DNA of 64,000 nt, taken from a virus. The DNA lies in IMG/VR virus record IMGVR_UViG_3300047510_001256, positions 80,688-144,687 of that record. The stretch is one strand, 5' to 3'. Of the stretch, positions 17,968 to 27,447 are shown piece by piece. Under the pieces are notes generated by a model that searched no databases, was not told the origin of the DNA, and saw only the letters and a list, made by a program, of their open reading frames with translations. The translations under genes and the position numbers were made by a program. Every line of letters begins with the position of its first letter. Within the stretch, counting starts at the first letter, position 1.

Positions 17968-18678
17968 CTACTTTTTTGCTTCAAAGATTCTACCCCAACC
18001 ATCACTACCTTTGGGACACCATCGCTTCGCCAGTTCAGATCTCTTATACACAGCACCCTTGCCATTGGTTACGGGTCCAGTATAACCATCGTTGAGAGAA
18101 CCATATGGATCATTCACAACATAGTCTTCACCTTTCTTACCAATAACTACAGCCATGTGCCCACCAGTAGGAGCAGATAAAGGACCACGATGATAGAACC
18201 CGATAACAACAGGTCTCCCAGCAGCAAGCTGACGATCAAGTTCGGCAAAATTAAGATTATACTCAAAGCGTGAATCAATTCCAAAGTCTTTAAGAACTTT
18301 GGTTTGAACTGAGTGATCAGTTGAGTCGCCAATAGCGAATACCTTTCTAACATAGGCATCATCTCCCTTGGGACCAGGCAATGATCCTGGTTTGAAATAC
18401 TCTAGTGCCATAGCACAGGCAGATGAATTACAGGTTCTCTGGGCATCTCTGTAGTTATCTGTCTGTGGAAAGAATGGCACATCTAATACTGATGGCACTG
18501 CTGGAGCTACTGCTTTTTCTCTGAATGTTTTAACCCACTCAGCAGTATCTTCCATTTCTTCTGGTGCCTTTGCTTCAAGCACCTTCTCAAGTAATTCTAC
18601 TCCAGCAATATGCTTTGGATTCTTTTCATCGTAATGCTTAAAAAAGTTATGTAAATCAATTTTCATTTTTGTCTCCAA
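17968..18678 (-). CDS. Peptidase C39-like cysteine hydrolase (probable cell-wall peptidase)
   Basis: VPFFPQ..N....RTCNSSACAM, GGHMAVVIG, VNDPYG (Q/C/H/D set). Confidence 0.85.
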   Translation of the reverse strand: METKMKIDLHNFFKHYDEKNPKHIAGVELLEKVLEAKAPEEMEDTAEWVKTFREKAVAPAVPSVLDVPFFPQTDNYRDAQRTCNSSACAMALEYFKPGSLPGPKGDDAYVRKVFAIGDSTDHSVQTKVLKDFGIDSRFEYNLNFAELDRQLAAGRPVVIGFYHRGPLSAPTGGHMAVVIGKKGEDYVVNDPYGSLNDGYTGPVTNGKGAVYKRSELAKRWCPKGSDGWGRIFEAKK

Positions 18679-19000
18679 ATAATTGAATGTAATACTCTGC
18701 GTCTACTACAACTAGTGGTTTCTTACCATTCTTTTTCATAATAACAATAGGTTCATAGTCACCACAATTAGCGGATGCCTGTTCATATGCTTCCCAGATA
18801 TTTAGTTTCTCCACATTTTTACATTCAATGCTGTGAGGAAACTTTGACCTAGCAGCACGAGCCATAATGAGATCTTCTCCACCAGCACCCATGCTACGTG
18901 ATTCAATATCTTCTGGATGAACATCAAGCATCTCAATGAGTTTATCTCTCACCCATTGTTGAAGTCTACGTCCCTTTGCCTTTGCCGATTGTGGGCGCAT
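18656..19000 (-). CDS. Holliday-junction-resolvase-like PD-(D/E)XK nuclease
   Basis: SAKAKGRRLQ, GEDLI, SIECKN motifs. Confidence 0.7.
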   Translation of the reverse strand: MRPQSAKAKGRRLQQWVRDKLIEMLDVHPEDIESRSMGAGGEDLIMARAARSKFPHSIECKNVEKLNIWEAYEQASANCGDYEPIVIMKKNGKKPLVVVDAEYYIQLFGDKNEN

Positions 19001-19035
19001 AATAAAATACCTTCGTCATGGAGGTATTTATCTAG

Positions 19036-19227
19036 TCAATTGAACCAGGGATCTGGAATTTTTCCATTAGAATCTTCAGCATCCACCTTTGTTGATAATT
19101 TAGATTCTCTATGTTTTGCTGCTGTTCCTTCAGTCTTTTCAGTATCTTTTCTAGTTTTTTCTTTTTCACAATTTGAAACCAGCAAATGTATCTTTCTTGA
19201 TATCCTGCTTAATACCACCGATAACAT
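19036..19227 (-). CDS. Small hypothetical protein overlapping the nrdB end (start uncertain)
   Basis: ORF ending ...KIPDPWFN fills the gap after nrdB. Confidence 0.35.
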   Translation of the reverse strand: MLSVVLSRISRKIHLLVSNCEKEKTRKDTEKTEGTAAKHRESKLSTKVDAEDSNGKIPDPWFN

Positions 19228-20338
19228 AACTTTCTACCTCTGTTTCTTGTGGGGCAACTTGAACTTGTCCTGAATTAAACCAATGTTCTGTCCATGGAAG
19301 TGGATTGTTCTTAGCAGAAATATCATAGATGGGTTTCAAACCAATTGCTTTCATGCGACGATTAGCAGTCCATTGAACATATTGCTGGAGCAGTTTAGAA
19401 TTAAGACCAATCATAGATCCATCTTTGAACAGGTAATCCGCCCATGCTTCCTCCTCAGCAACACAATCTTTGAACATCTGAATAACATTCTCTTCTTCTT
19501 CATCCGCAATCTTAACCATATCAGGATCATCACCAGCTAACCATTTGTTGATAACCTTTTGTGTGATGGTCATGTGCTGTGCTTCATCTCGGGCAATAAG
19601 TTTGATGATCTTCGCATTACCTTCCATCTTCTGACGTTCAGCAAAAGCAAAAGAGCAAGCAAATGAAACATAAAAACGAATTGCCTCTAGAATATAAACG
19701 TTTACCATAGCGCGATAGAGTTTGCGCTTGACCTCATACAACTCACTAGTTGCTGCTGGGACACCCTCTAAGGCGTGTTGCCATTGATTACCTGCGCCCC
19801 ACTGCTGAGCTGCCTGAACAAAGTCATCGTATGCTCCAGTGACGCTCTGGGCACGTTCTAGGATCTTCTCATCAGTCAGGATGTGATCAAAGACATCAGA
19901 AGGATCTGAATATACATTCTTGATGATGTATGTGTAGGAGCGACTATGAATCATTTCCATAGTCTGCCAGATATTCATGGCAGATTCTAGTTCTGGAATA
20001 GAGCAGTAAGGAATAAATGCCATGCCAGGTGCTCTACCCTGAAGAGAATCAAGCATGATCTGATACTTCAGATTAGAAGTAAAGATGTGCCTCTCAGTAT
20101 CAGTTAGTTGCTGATAGTCAGCACGATCCTTGTTAAGCGATACCTCTTGAGGACGCCAGAAGAGTGACAACTGCTTGTCTGTTAACTTATCAAAGTCAGC
20201 ATACCTAAAATTATCGTATCTCTGAAGACCCTGTGGAGCACCAAAGAACATAGGTTGCTTGGTGGTATCCACAGAGTTGGTATTAAGAACTGTCATACCT
20301 TTAATGTCTTCGTTGAGTTTAAATTTTACAGCTGTCAC
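19166..20338 (-). CDS. nrdB: Ribonucleotide reductase class Ia beta subunit
   Basis: FWRPQEV, EMIHSRSY (radical Tyr), EAIRFYVSF, RDEAQH, VAPQETE. Confidence 0.97.
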   Translation of the reverse strand: MTAVKFKLNEDIKGMTVLNTNSVDTTKQPMFFGAPQGLQRYDNFRYADFDKLTDKQLSLFWRPQEVSLNKDRADYQQLTDTERHIFTSNLKYQIMLDSLQGRAPGMAFIPYCSIPELESAMNIWQTMEMIHSRSYTYIIKNVYSDPSDVFDHILTDEKILERAQSVTGAYDDFVQAAQQWGAGNQWQHALEGVPAATSELYEVKRKLYRAMVNVYILEAIRFYVSFACSFAFAERQKMEGNAKIIKLIARDEAQHMTITQKVINKWLAGDDPDMVKIADEEEENVIQMFKDCVAEEEAWADYLFKDGSMIGLNSKLLQQYVQWTANRRMKAIGLKPIYDISAKNNPLPWTEHWFNSGQVQVAPQETEVESYVIGGIKQDIKKDTFAGFKL

Positions 20339-22625
20339 AATCTTCCTCCTGTGAATTTAGAATTTCGTTTAACATATCTTCTATGCTTGTTAGTTGTTCC
20401 TTATCGTGATCATCCTTTTCCTTTTGGAGATCATTTGTATTCTGGTAGTAAGATGTTTTCCAACCATACTTATAAGTTGTTAGGAAATCATTTGCCATCA
20501 CTGAAGTAGGAACTTCATTATCCGGATAATGCTCCGGATTATAGGACCAGTTTCCAGAAATCGCTTGATCAAAGAATTTTTGGATAACAGCGACAATATT
20601 AATATACCCAGAATTGCTAGGCATATCCCAAAGGAGCGTATAGTTATTCTTAAGAGTTTGATACTGAGGGACAATCTGCTTGAGTGGACCCTTCTTTGAT
20701 TTCTTAACGGACAAGTAACCGCGAGGTGGTTCAATTCCATTTGTTGCGTTTGACACAACGGAACTGCTTTCCGATGGCATTTGTGCGGACAATGTTGAGT
20801 GCCTGATACCGTGAGCCAAGATGGATGTTCTAAGACTTTCCCAATCATATGAATACTCCGGTGCTACCAATTCATCAACATCTCTCTTGTATGTATCAAT
20901 CGGAAGAATGCCATCAGCATACTTAGTTCTAGAGAATCCTTCACATGCTCCTTTCTCAATTGCGATTTGATTAGAAGCCTTGAGTAGATAATACTGGAAT
21001 GCCTCAGTCAGTTTGTGAACTTCAGTGAGAGCATTGTCATCATCATACTTGTAACCACACTTTGCCAGGTAGTGAGCTAGACCAATATAACCAACGCCAA
21101 GAGAACGACGGAACTTAGTGCTGCGCTCTGCTGCCTTAACTGGATAGTTTTGATAATCAATCAGTTCTTCCAGACCGCGAACAGACAGATCACAGAGTTC
21201 TTCCAGATCATCTAGATGCTTCAGTTTACCAACATTCACAGCAGAGAGAATACACAGAGCAATCTCACCATCGGGATCGTCAATGTGTTGAATAGGATCT
21301 GTAGGAAGAGTGATCTCCTGACAAAGATTACTCATGTAAACTTTATCTTTGAATGAAGAGTGAGAGTTACAATGGTCAATGTTCATGATATAAACACGAC
21401 CAGTCTCAGCACGTTCTTTGAGAAGATCTAGAATCAGTTCCTGTGCCCGAACAGTCTTTCTTGGAAGAGACTGATCTCGTTCATAAGACTCATACAAATC
21501 GTCAAATCTATCAGTGCCAAAAGCATCATACAAACGAGGAACGTCATGTGGACTGAAGAGAGAAATCTCTCTATCTTGGATGAAACGTTCATAGAAGAGT
21601 TTAGAGATCTGGATACTATAATCTAGCTTACGAACTCTGTTATCTTCAGTTCCCTTATTATTTTTTAACACAAGGATATCTTCTATCTCTTGGTGCCAGA
21701 TTGGAAAGTGGACAGTAGCACTTCCACCACGAATCCCGTTTTGTGTACAGCATCTGACAGTTGACTCAAACTTTTTGAGGAATGGGATAACGCCTGTATG
21801 AGCAACTTCTCCGCCCCTGATCTTACTGTTGATGCCACGAATTCTGCCTGCGTTGATGCCGATGCCCGCCCTTTGAGCAACATAGCGACCAATAGCCATG
21901 TCGCTGCTGAAGATGCTATCAAGGGTGTCATCAGAATCAACCAACACACAACTAGCGAATTGTCGCAGAGGCGTCCTAACTCCTGCCATGATTGGCGTAG
22001 GAATGTTGATCTTGTGCTTGCTGATTGCGTCGTAGTATTTTTTGACATAGTACAAACGTGATTCTGGTGGGTAGTTTGCGAACAATGTGGTAGCAATCAG
22101 AATGTACATATACTGGGGAGTCTCATAGAGAGACCCAGCACTACGATCTTGAACAAGATACTTATCAACAACCTGCCTTAGTCCAGCATAGGTGAATAGT
22201 AGATCCCTATCATGATGAACATAAGAATCAATCTTGTCCCATTCTTCCATAGAATATTTACCAAGAAGTTCCCCGTCATAAATGCCTAGGGATACACCGC
22301 CAACAAGATGATCATGAACATTGGGGAATCCTACTTTCCAACCAGATCCAAAGACCTGCTTATATAGGCCGTACAACAAAAGACGAGCAGCAACAAACTG
22401 GTAGTTTGGATTATCAAGGCTGATAAGGTCACTAGCTGACCGAACCAAGATTTCTTGGATTTCATTTGTAGTAATACCATCATAAAATTGAATACCTGAA
22501 TTCATCTCAACTTCGGAAGATGAGACGCCAGACAAACCATCACAAGCAGACTCAACCATCTTGTGAATCTTTTCAATATCCAGTTGTTCTACATTACTAC
22601 TACGCTTCTTTACAGAAATGCTCAT
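20319..22625 (-). CDS. nrdA: Ribonucleotide reductase class Ia alpha subunit with ATP cone
   Basis: PTPIMAG, QFASC, SNLCQEI, MPSESSS, TSYY, C-terminal CDSC. Start probably ATG 22625. Confidence 0.97.
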   Translation of the reverse strand: MSISVKKRSSNVEQLDIEKIHKMVESACDGLSGVSSSEVEMNSGIQFYDGITTNEIQEILVRSASDLISLDNPNYQFVAARLLLYGLYKQVFGSGWKVGFPNVHDHLVGGVSLGIYDGELLGKYSMEEWDKIDSYVHHDRDLLFTYAGLRQVVDKYLVQDRSAGSLYETPQYMYILIATTLFANYPPESRLYYVKKYYDAISKHKINIPTPIMAGVRTPLRQFASCVLVDSDDTLDSIFSSDMAIGRYVAQRAGIGINAGRIRGINSKIRGGEVAHTGVIPFLKKFESTVRCCTQNGIRGGSATVHFPIWHQEIEDILVLKNNKGTEDNRVRKLDYSIQISKLFYERFIQDREISLFSPHDVPRLYDAFGTDRFDDLYESYERDQSLPRKTVRAQELILDLLKERAETGRVYIMNIDHCNSHSSFKDKVYMSNLCQEITLPTDPIQHIDDPDGEIALCILSAVNVGKLKHLDDLEELCDLSVRGLEELIDYQNYPVKAAERSTKFRRSLGVGYIGLAHYLAKCGYKYDDDNALTEVHKLTEAFQYYLLKASNQIAIEKGACEGFSRTKYADGILPIDTYKRDVDELVAPEYSYDWESLRTSILAHGIRHSTLSAQMPSESSSVVSNATNGIEPPRGYLSVKKSKKGPLKQIVPQYQTLKNNYTLLWDMPSNSGYINIVAVIQKFFDQAISGNWSYNPEHYPDNEVPTSVMANDFLTTYKYGWKTSYYQNTNDLQKEKDDHDKEQLTSIEDMLNEILNSQEEDCDSCKI

Positions 22626-23614
22626 ACTTTTTTCCATGCGTTAAAACGAATTTGTGCTTCTAGTCCTTTGTAGGTATTTGATTCTACCACAGACTGAACG
22701 TTATGTCCAGCCATCACCATGTCATTAATATCCTTCTCGGTGATTGAAGAAGGCCAGATGACTACCGGATCTCCGTGCTGTATGGTTTTAGCAATCTTAG
22801 CACAGATCTCTCTGTTGCGTGGTTCGTTGTCGTATACGAAGACGAACTGACAATTATAATTGCTAAGTTCAACATCGCTACCACACATAGCAATGCTGTT
22901 TCCAATGAAGGTGGAATCAAACGGACCTTCTGTGACATATACTAATTCCTCTTTGTTTACTTTATCAAGACCATAAACCTTGGGTTTACTCTCATCAAGA
23001 ATGATTGTAATGTATCTCATCTTTGCTTTAGGAGCAAGAGATCTACCTTGATATCCAAAGAGTTTACCTGTTTCGTCCCTAAGAGGAATTATAATACGTG
23101 GACTATCCTGTTTAAGATTATCAAATGATTTCTTAATGGTGTTGGTCCATTGTTTGAATTTGGGACAATAGTAGAAACTATCTAAATCTTTAATTTGTCT
23201 GTTTGTGAGGTATTCCCTTGCGGGATGTGTTGTATTTAGTTCTGAAATTTTCTCTAGATCAATATCAACTTGTGTTGATTTGAAGATTGGTGTATCAAAG
23301 TCTAGATCATTGATGGTTGACTTTCGCTTAGGTTTAGTTGTATTGCTTTTATACTTCTCCATGATGTATTCATCATGAAGCATCTGATTATTATCTTTGA
23401 GAAAGTTAGCAAGATTCCTACCGGCACCACAATTGTGGCACTTAAAGATCATCTCATTCTGAATGCGAAAGAAGTATCCCCGTGCTTTATCTTGACGCTT
23501 CTTACTATCGCCACAGTAAGGACAACGAAAGTTATACAGATTGGTCTTCTTCTTTGAAAAATTTTGGAGTTGCGGAGAAACTAATTGTATATACTTAACA
23601 TCAAGATAACTCAT
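22622..23614 (-). CDS. gp61: DNA primase (T4 gp61)
   Basis: NFRCPYCGDS...KCHNC Zn finger; TEGPFDS and DNEPRN TOPRIM motifs. Confidence 0.95.
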   Translation of the reverse strand: MSYLDVKYIQLVSPQLQNFSKKKTNLYNFRCPYCGDSKKRQDKARGYFFRIQNEMIFKCHNCGAGRNLANFLKDNNQMLHDEYIMEKYKSNTTKPKRKSTINDLDFDTPIFKSTQVDIDLEKISELNTTHPAREYLTNRQIKDLDSFYYCPKFKQWTNTIKKSFDNLKQDSPRIIIPLRDETGKLFGYQGRSLAPKAKMRYITIILDESKPKVYGLDKVNKEELVYVTEGPFDSTFIGNSIAMCGSDVELSNYNCQFVFVYDNEPRNREICAKIAKTIQHGDPVVIWPSSITEKDINDMVMAGHNVQSVVESNTYKGLEAQIRFNAWKKV

Positions 23615-24039
23615 CTAGCATGGGGGGTCGTCGTCTCTCTATTATAGTGACTCTCCATCATGTTGTCAACAAAGGTTGGGACAATTGCTGAAGCGGCCCC
23701 AATGACCAACACAGCAAGGGATCCTATGGTAACTGCCTGCCATCTGAATTTCAATAGATCATCAATTGTTTTTTCAACAGATTCTAATCTACCAATGACT
23801 TGATTATGTTCTCTTGAATTTTGATGCTTAACATCTTCAATCATTTTAACAATGAGTTCATCTGTTCTCACACTTTGTTCTAATTTTTCATCATGTTTGG
23901 TTAGTATAGTGGCAATCTTATTATTAGATTCACCTATCTTGTCCACTGCTGCTTCTAGTTTATCTATCATCTGCTTTGATAAATCTTCGTAGATCTCAAA
24001 CTTAGATGACAAAACTTCTAACTTTGCTTTTCCAAACAT
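23611..24039 (-). CDS. Coiled-coil protein with C-terminal TM segment
   Basis: 142 aa heptad region followed by KFRW and a hydrophobic helix. Confidence 0.65.
   Translation of the reverse strand: MFGKAKLEVLSSKFEIYEDLSKQMIDKLEAAVDKIGESNNKIATILTKHDEKLEQSVRTDELIVKMIEDVKHQNSREHNQVIGRLESVEKTIDDLLKFRWQAVTIGSLAVLVIGAASAIVPTFVDNMMESHYNRETTTPHAR
23641..23669 (-). promoter_or_regulatory. Consensus sigma70 promoter for primase-nrdAB
   Basis: TTGACA-N17-TATAAT, perfect match. Confidence 0.8.
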
Positions 24040-24056
24040 GTCTCCTAGTTGTTTTA

Positions 24057-24746
24057 CTAAACGTTACGGATAGCAAAGTCAAGAGCACTTTGATATGACG
24101 AAGCGTTCTTGTTGAGCATATAACGGAAGGCATGTTGATTGTCGCCTTCTAGTCCAGCATATGCTGCGGCAATTTTTCTAGCAGAGAATTGATCCAGGTT
24201 CTGAACTCCTCCGTCAGCAAACTGAATCTTTGCGTATGATGTTTCTGATGTGTTTGTTGGTTTGGTTGCTACATCAACAGCAGCATCAAGAACATCGTTA
24301 TATTCTAGAATCATATTAGTAGTCATTTCAACTTCCTCTTTTTTGAGTTTTTGTGTTTGCGAAGACGCCTTCTTTTTGAAGTCTTGAAGTCTCGCCTTCA
24401 TCAAGGTATCCATTTCTTTTGTCTTATTAATCATTTTCTTTTTCGCTTCATCCTTCTTTTTCTGAAGATCCTTCTGGCGATTGAGCTTCTTCATCTGCCC
24501 AATCTGCTTCTGAGCTCTCTCAGTTTCTGATGGGACTGCTTCGGAAATAATAGTTCCTTCTACTTGCTCTTTCATTTTTTTACGTTGAATGCGTGATAGT
24601 AAAGTTTTTGCGCCTTTAGATCTTCCATCAACAAAGTCTTTTTTATTATTATTTTTCCACGTTCTATGTTTACGTGGATTCACAATAACTAAAGAGGGGG
24701 GAATCTCCATACCTTTAATACCAGGAGAACTAGCATTGTTAATCAT
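24057..24746 (-). CDS. Lys-rich hypothetical protein (candidate internal head protein)
   Basis: 229 aa; contains DGRSK and I/L-x-E motifs. Confidence 0.6.
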   Translation of the reverse strand: MINNASSPGIKGMEIPPSLVIVNPRKHRTWKNNNKKDFVDGRSKGAKTLLSRIQRKKMKEQVEGTIISEAVPSETERAQKQIGQMKKLNRQKDLQKKKDEAKKKMINKTKEMDTLMKARLQDFKKKASSQTQKLKKEEVEMTTNMILEYNDVLDAAVDVATKPTNTSETSYAKIQFADGGVQNLDQFSARKIAAAYAGLEGDNQHAFRYMLNKNASSYQSALDFAIRNV

Positions 24747-25099
24747 ATGAGATTTAACTCCTCAAGACAACGTTGATCTACTTCATTATTTAGTGATTCA
24801 GGTAATCTATCTAAGAAGCGCATGAACGCTTTTAACATAGACCAATATTGTTTTTCAACTTTATAAAATAACAATGGTGTGGCAGCATCATCAAATACAT
24901 TATACATGACGATGATGTGATTTAGAATTAAATGTGTCTTCAGTTCGCCTGTTGTTTCAAAGCGTTTGAAGAGGCGCTTAATGTATTTGATACGATTAAG
25001 ATCCTCTTCAAAGTCTTCTTTTGTTACTGCCGTGGGATTGTAGTAATGTTTAATAGCGAACATCTCCCAGTTGTCTGGGTTCAATTCATGAAAGTTCAT
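24743..25099 (-). CDS. Conserved T4-like hypothetical protein
   Basis: FAIKHYYNP...EDL.RIKYIKRL...HLILNHII..YNVF. Confidence 0.75.
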   Translation of the reverse strand: MNFHELNPDNWEMFAIKHYYNPTAVTKEDFEEDLNRIKYIKRLFKRFETTGELKTHLILNHIIVMYNVFDDAATPLLFYKVEKQYWSMLKAFMRFLDRLPESLNNEVDQRCLEELNLI

Positions 25100-25103
25100 T
25101 TAA

Positions 25104-25823
25104 TTATGGTGTTACGTCAACAAGTTTTAATGTAGCAGCATTGGAAGTAACTTCTTCAGCACCATTGTTTGAAGCAACCTTAACTCTATACTGATAGTTA
25201 TTCAGGTCAAGATCTGTCAGTGCTCCAGCAACAACAGTAAGTGTTGCTGTTGTGAATCCAGTATAAGCACTTGAATCAAGTGTTGAAGTAATGTTAACCC
25301 AACGTGTCTGATCTGCTGCCTTACGCTGCCACTGATACTCTAGAGTTCCACCTTCGGTAACTGCTGCTGTCACAGCAAATGTTCTCAGAACAGATGGAAC
25401 TTCAATATCTGATGTTCCGTTACCAACGTTAACTGGTTGAGCAGAAATACTGATAACTGGCATTGGAGCATCAGCAGCAATATCATCATCAGCATCACCA
25501 GTGTTAGCAGGTGCTGATCCCATTGAAACCAACTGCTGTGCCTTGTGGCGTGTCTCGCCAGCAGCATCTGTATATGTCATATACTCCCACCAACCAGGGG
25601 AGTTCAGACCTCTAGAAGTGTTTGCTTCAAGAGTTGCTTCAGACTCGTCAACAAATACAACTCTACGAGCAGCAGTAGCATAACCCTGTGCTCCAGTGAC
25701 TACACTATCACCATCGGTGATTAAAGTATTGTCGTGGTCATACTTATCTACAGAGTTTTTTTCTGTAGTGCTAAGAACTTTTAAACTTTGTGCGTCTGTT
25801 TCAGCACGGCTATACAGAGACAT
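25104..25823 (-). CDS. Virion protein with C-terminal Ig-like domain (Hoc-like)
   Basis: ISISAQP...LEYQWQR...TATLTV...YQYRVKV...SNAATL Ig pattern; TATAAATA at 25852-25859. Confidence 0.75.
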   Translation of the reverse strand: MSLYSRAETDAQSLKVLSTTEKNSVDKYDHDNTLITDGDSVVTGAQGYATAARRVVFVDESEATLEANTSRGLNSPGWWEYMTYTDAAGETRHKAQQLVSMGSAPANTGDADDDIAADAPMPVISISAQPVNVGNGTSDIEVPSVLRTFAVTAAVTEGGTLEYQWQRKAADQTRWVNITSTLDSSAYTGFTTATLTVVAGALTDLDLNNYQYRVKVASNNGAEEVTSNAATLKLVDVTP

Positions 25824-25858
25824 TTACGATACTCCAGCGTTTCCTAAAATATATTTAT

Positions 25859-25884
25859 AAAAAAAAGAGGAACCGAAGTTCCTC
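25859..25884 (-). terminator. Rho-independent terminator
   Basis: GAGGAAC-TTCG-GTTCCTC followed by a T run. Confidence 0.85.
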
Positions 25885-26035
25885 ATTTAACTAACATCTT
25901 TTTCAAGAAGTTTGTGGTAAAATCTATTACCGTATTTTCTTTGAATCTTTTTGTCTTTCCAAGATACTCAGAAAAACTGAGGAGCAGTGCCAATACAACA
26001 CTCACTCCCCAATTTGCTAACAAACATTCTATCAT
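25883..26035 (-). CDS. Small membrane protein (50 aa, holin-like)
   Basis: MIECLLANWGVSVVLALLLSFSEYLGKTKRFKENTVIDFTTNFLKKMLVK; below the track cutoff. Confidence 0.55.
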   Translation of the reverse strand: MIECLLANWGVSVVLALLLSFSEYLGKTKRFKENTVIDFTTNFLKKMLVK

Positions 26036-26217
26036 GCTTGTGGTTTGAACAGAAGTTCCTTAACAGTTTCTAGAATTGTATTATCAATGCTATTGTCAGT
26101 AGTTGAGACATACTTCTCAAGAAGAGAAATAACGAGATTCTTAACTGCTTCTGATGTTGCGAGTTTGAGTAAAAATGGTTTTACTAATGCTACGAATGCG
26201 TCCATGATGTTCTCCAT
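26032..26217 (-). CDS. Small amphipathic hypothetical protein
   Basis: VKNLVISLLEKYV.TTDNSID motif. Confidence 0.65.
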   Translation of the reverse strand: MENIMDAFVALVKPFLLKLATSEAVKNLVISLLEKYVSTTDNSIDNTILETVKELLFKPQA

Positions 26218-26231
26218 AAGAGTCGGGATAA

Positions 26232-26486
26232 TTATTTATCCTTTTTATTCTTTGCTTTCCAAGCAGTAGCATATGCGATTGACTTTTCCTTGTCGGATAG
26301 TCCATCCTTAGAGTAACCTTTCTTAATATGCTTCACCATTCTTTCATACTTTTTGCCGGGAGGTGCCTTCTCTTCAATAGGTTCTACTTCTTCTTTCTTA
26401 ACAGATGCCTGCTTGATATACTTTTTGTGATCAGATGATGACTTTTTATATTCCGCAGAATTTTCGTTTGGAATATTAGGCATCAC
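26232..26486 (-). CDS. Small basic hypothetical protein (candidate internal head protein)
   Basis: IEEKAPP...ERMVKHIKK...IAYATAWK. Confidence 0.6.
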   Translation of the reverse strand: MMPNIPNENSAEYKKSSSDHKKYIKQASVKKEEVEPIEEKAPPGKKYERMVKHIKKGYSKDGLSDKEKSIAYATAWKAKNKKDK

Positions 26487-26491
26487 CTCAA

Positions 26492-27214
26492 CTACTTTTT
26501 TGCTTCTTCAATCTCCTGACGAAGTTCTGCTTCTTCCTTCATTGCCTTCTTCTTATTGATGACGGCACTTACTTTCTTACGACGGGCATGTAGATACTTG
26601 TCAGACTTGTCATGATCACCATCGTTATCAATATCCTTATCTTCTTTACCTACAGGATCCATCTTCTCAGTGATGATCTCTTCAGCAAGAATTCTATCTG
26701 CGAAGTATTCAACATCCTCTTTCTTCATTGGAACGCACTTGTCCTTTCCATTCTCAGTGCCAGCATACTTATATCCTTTCCAGCAAGCCTTGCCGTCAGC
26801 ACCTTTCTCTTTCTCAAGAACGAGAGTATAGTTATCAAACTCAATCTCATACATCTCTTTCTTCATCATCTTCTTCCAAGAAGACTTCTTATCCATCTTC
26901 TCTCCCTTCCCTTCCTTCTCACCCTTGCCATGCTCAGGACCGCAAGATTCATCCATCTTCTTCTCGCACTTAGAGCAACCCTTACCATGACAGGATTCAC
27001 ATTCTTTTTTGTATCCCTCTGCTGTTACGCCAGGAGCAGACTCCATGCCAACATACTTGGTGGGTTTTTTAATTTCTTTCTTTTTGAGAGTAGTATTCTC
27101 AATCTCTGCGCCATGAGATTGTGGATCCATTCCATCAAATACTTCTGCTACATCTACAGGTTTGCCAAGGAAACTTGACATAAGGGATTCAGTAAGAGCG
27201 TCTCTTTTTGCCAT
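26492..27214 (-). CDS. K/E-rich modular hypothetical protein (candidate internal head protein)
   Basis: CWKGY...CVP and DPVGKEDKDIDNDGD.D.SDKYL modules; TATAAATA at 27241-27248. Confidence 0.65.
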   Translation of the reverse strand: MAKRDALTESLMSSFLGKPVDVAEVFDGMDPQSHGAEIENTTLKKKEIKKPTKYVGMESAPGVTAEGYKKECESCHGKGCSKCEKKMDESCGPEHGKGEKEGKGEKMDKKSSWKKMMKKEMYEIEFDNYTLVLEKEKGADGKACWKGYKYAGTENGKDKCVPMKKEDVEYFADRILAEEIITEKMDPVGKEDKDIDNDGDHDKSDKYLHARRKKVSAVINKKKAMKEEAELRQEIEEAKK

Positions 27215-27243
27215 TGTATCTAAGTGTGTTCTTCGTTTATTAT

Positions 27244-27447
27244 TTATACTTCTCGGATATCTTTAACCCAAGCGCGGAACATCTCTCCCTCCTCAGTGAC
27301 AGCAATCACATAGTTAACTCCACTACGATGGATTGTTCCCGTTTGACCAGTCGTATTAGACATGATCACATCTCCCTCCTGAAAGATACCTTTGTGTCTG
27401 TATCTCTGGTGAGTTGATTCCTGTCTTAGTTGTTTAAAATTTTTCAT
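27244..27447 (-). CDS. Small SH3-like protein with capsid-targeting-like N-terminus
   Basis: MKNFKQLRQE...IFQEGDVI...G.I.RSGVNYVI...MFRAWVKDI.E. Confidence 0.6.
   Translation of the reverse strand: MKNFKQLRQESTHQRYRHKGIFQEGDVIMSNTTGQTGTIHRSGVNYVIAVTEEGEMFRAWVKDIREV

Noticed and set aside
17465-18678. Stop-codon readthrough fusing the peptidase and lysozyme
   Set aside because: The lysozyme ATG is in a different frame from the peptidase TAG, and no other recoding signs appear in core genes
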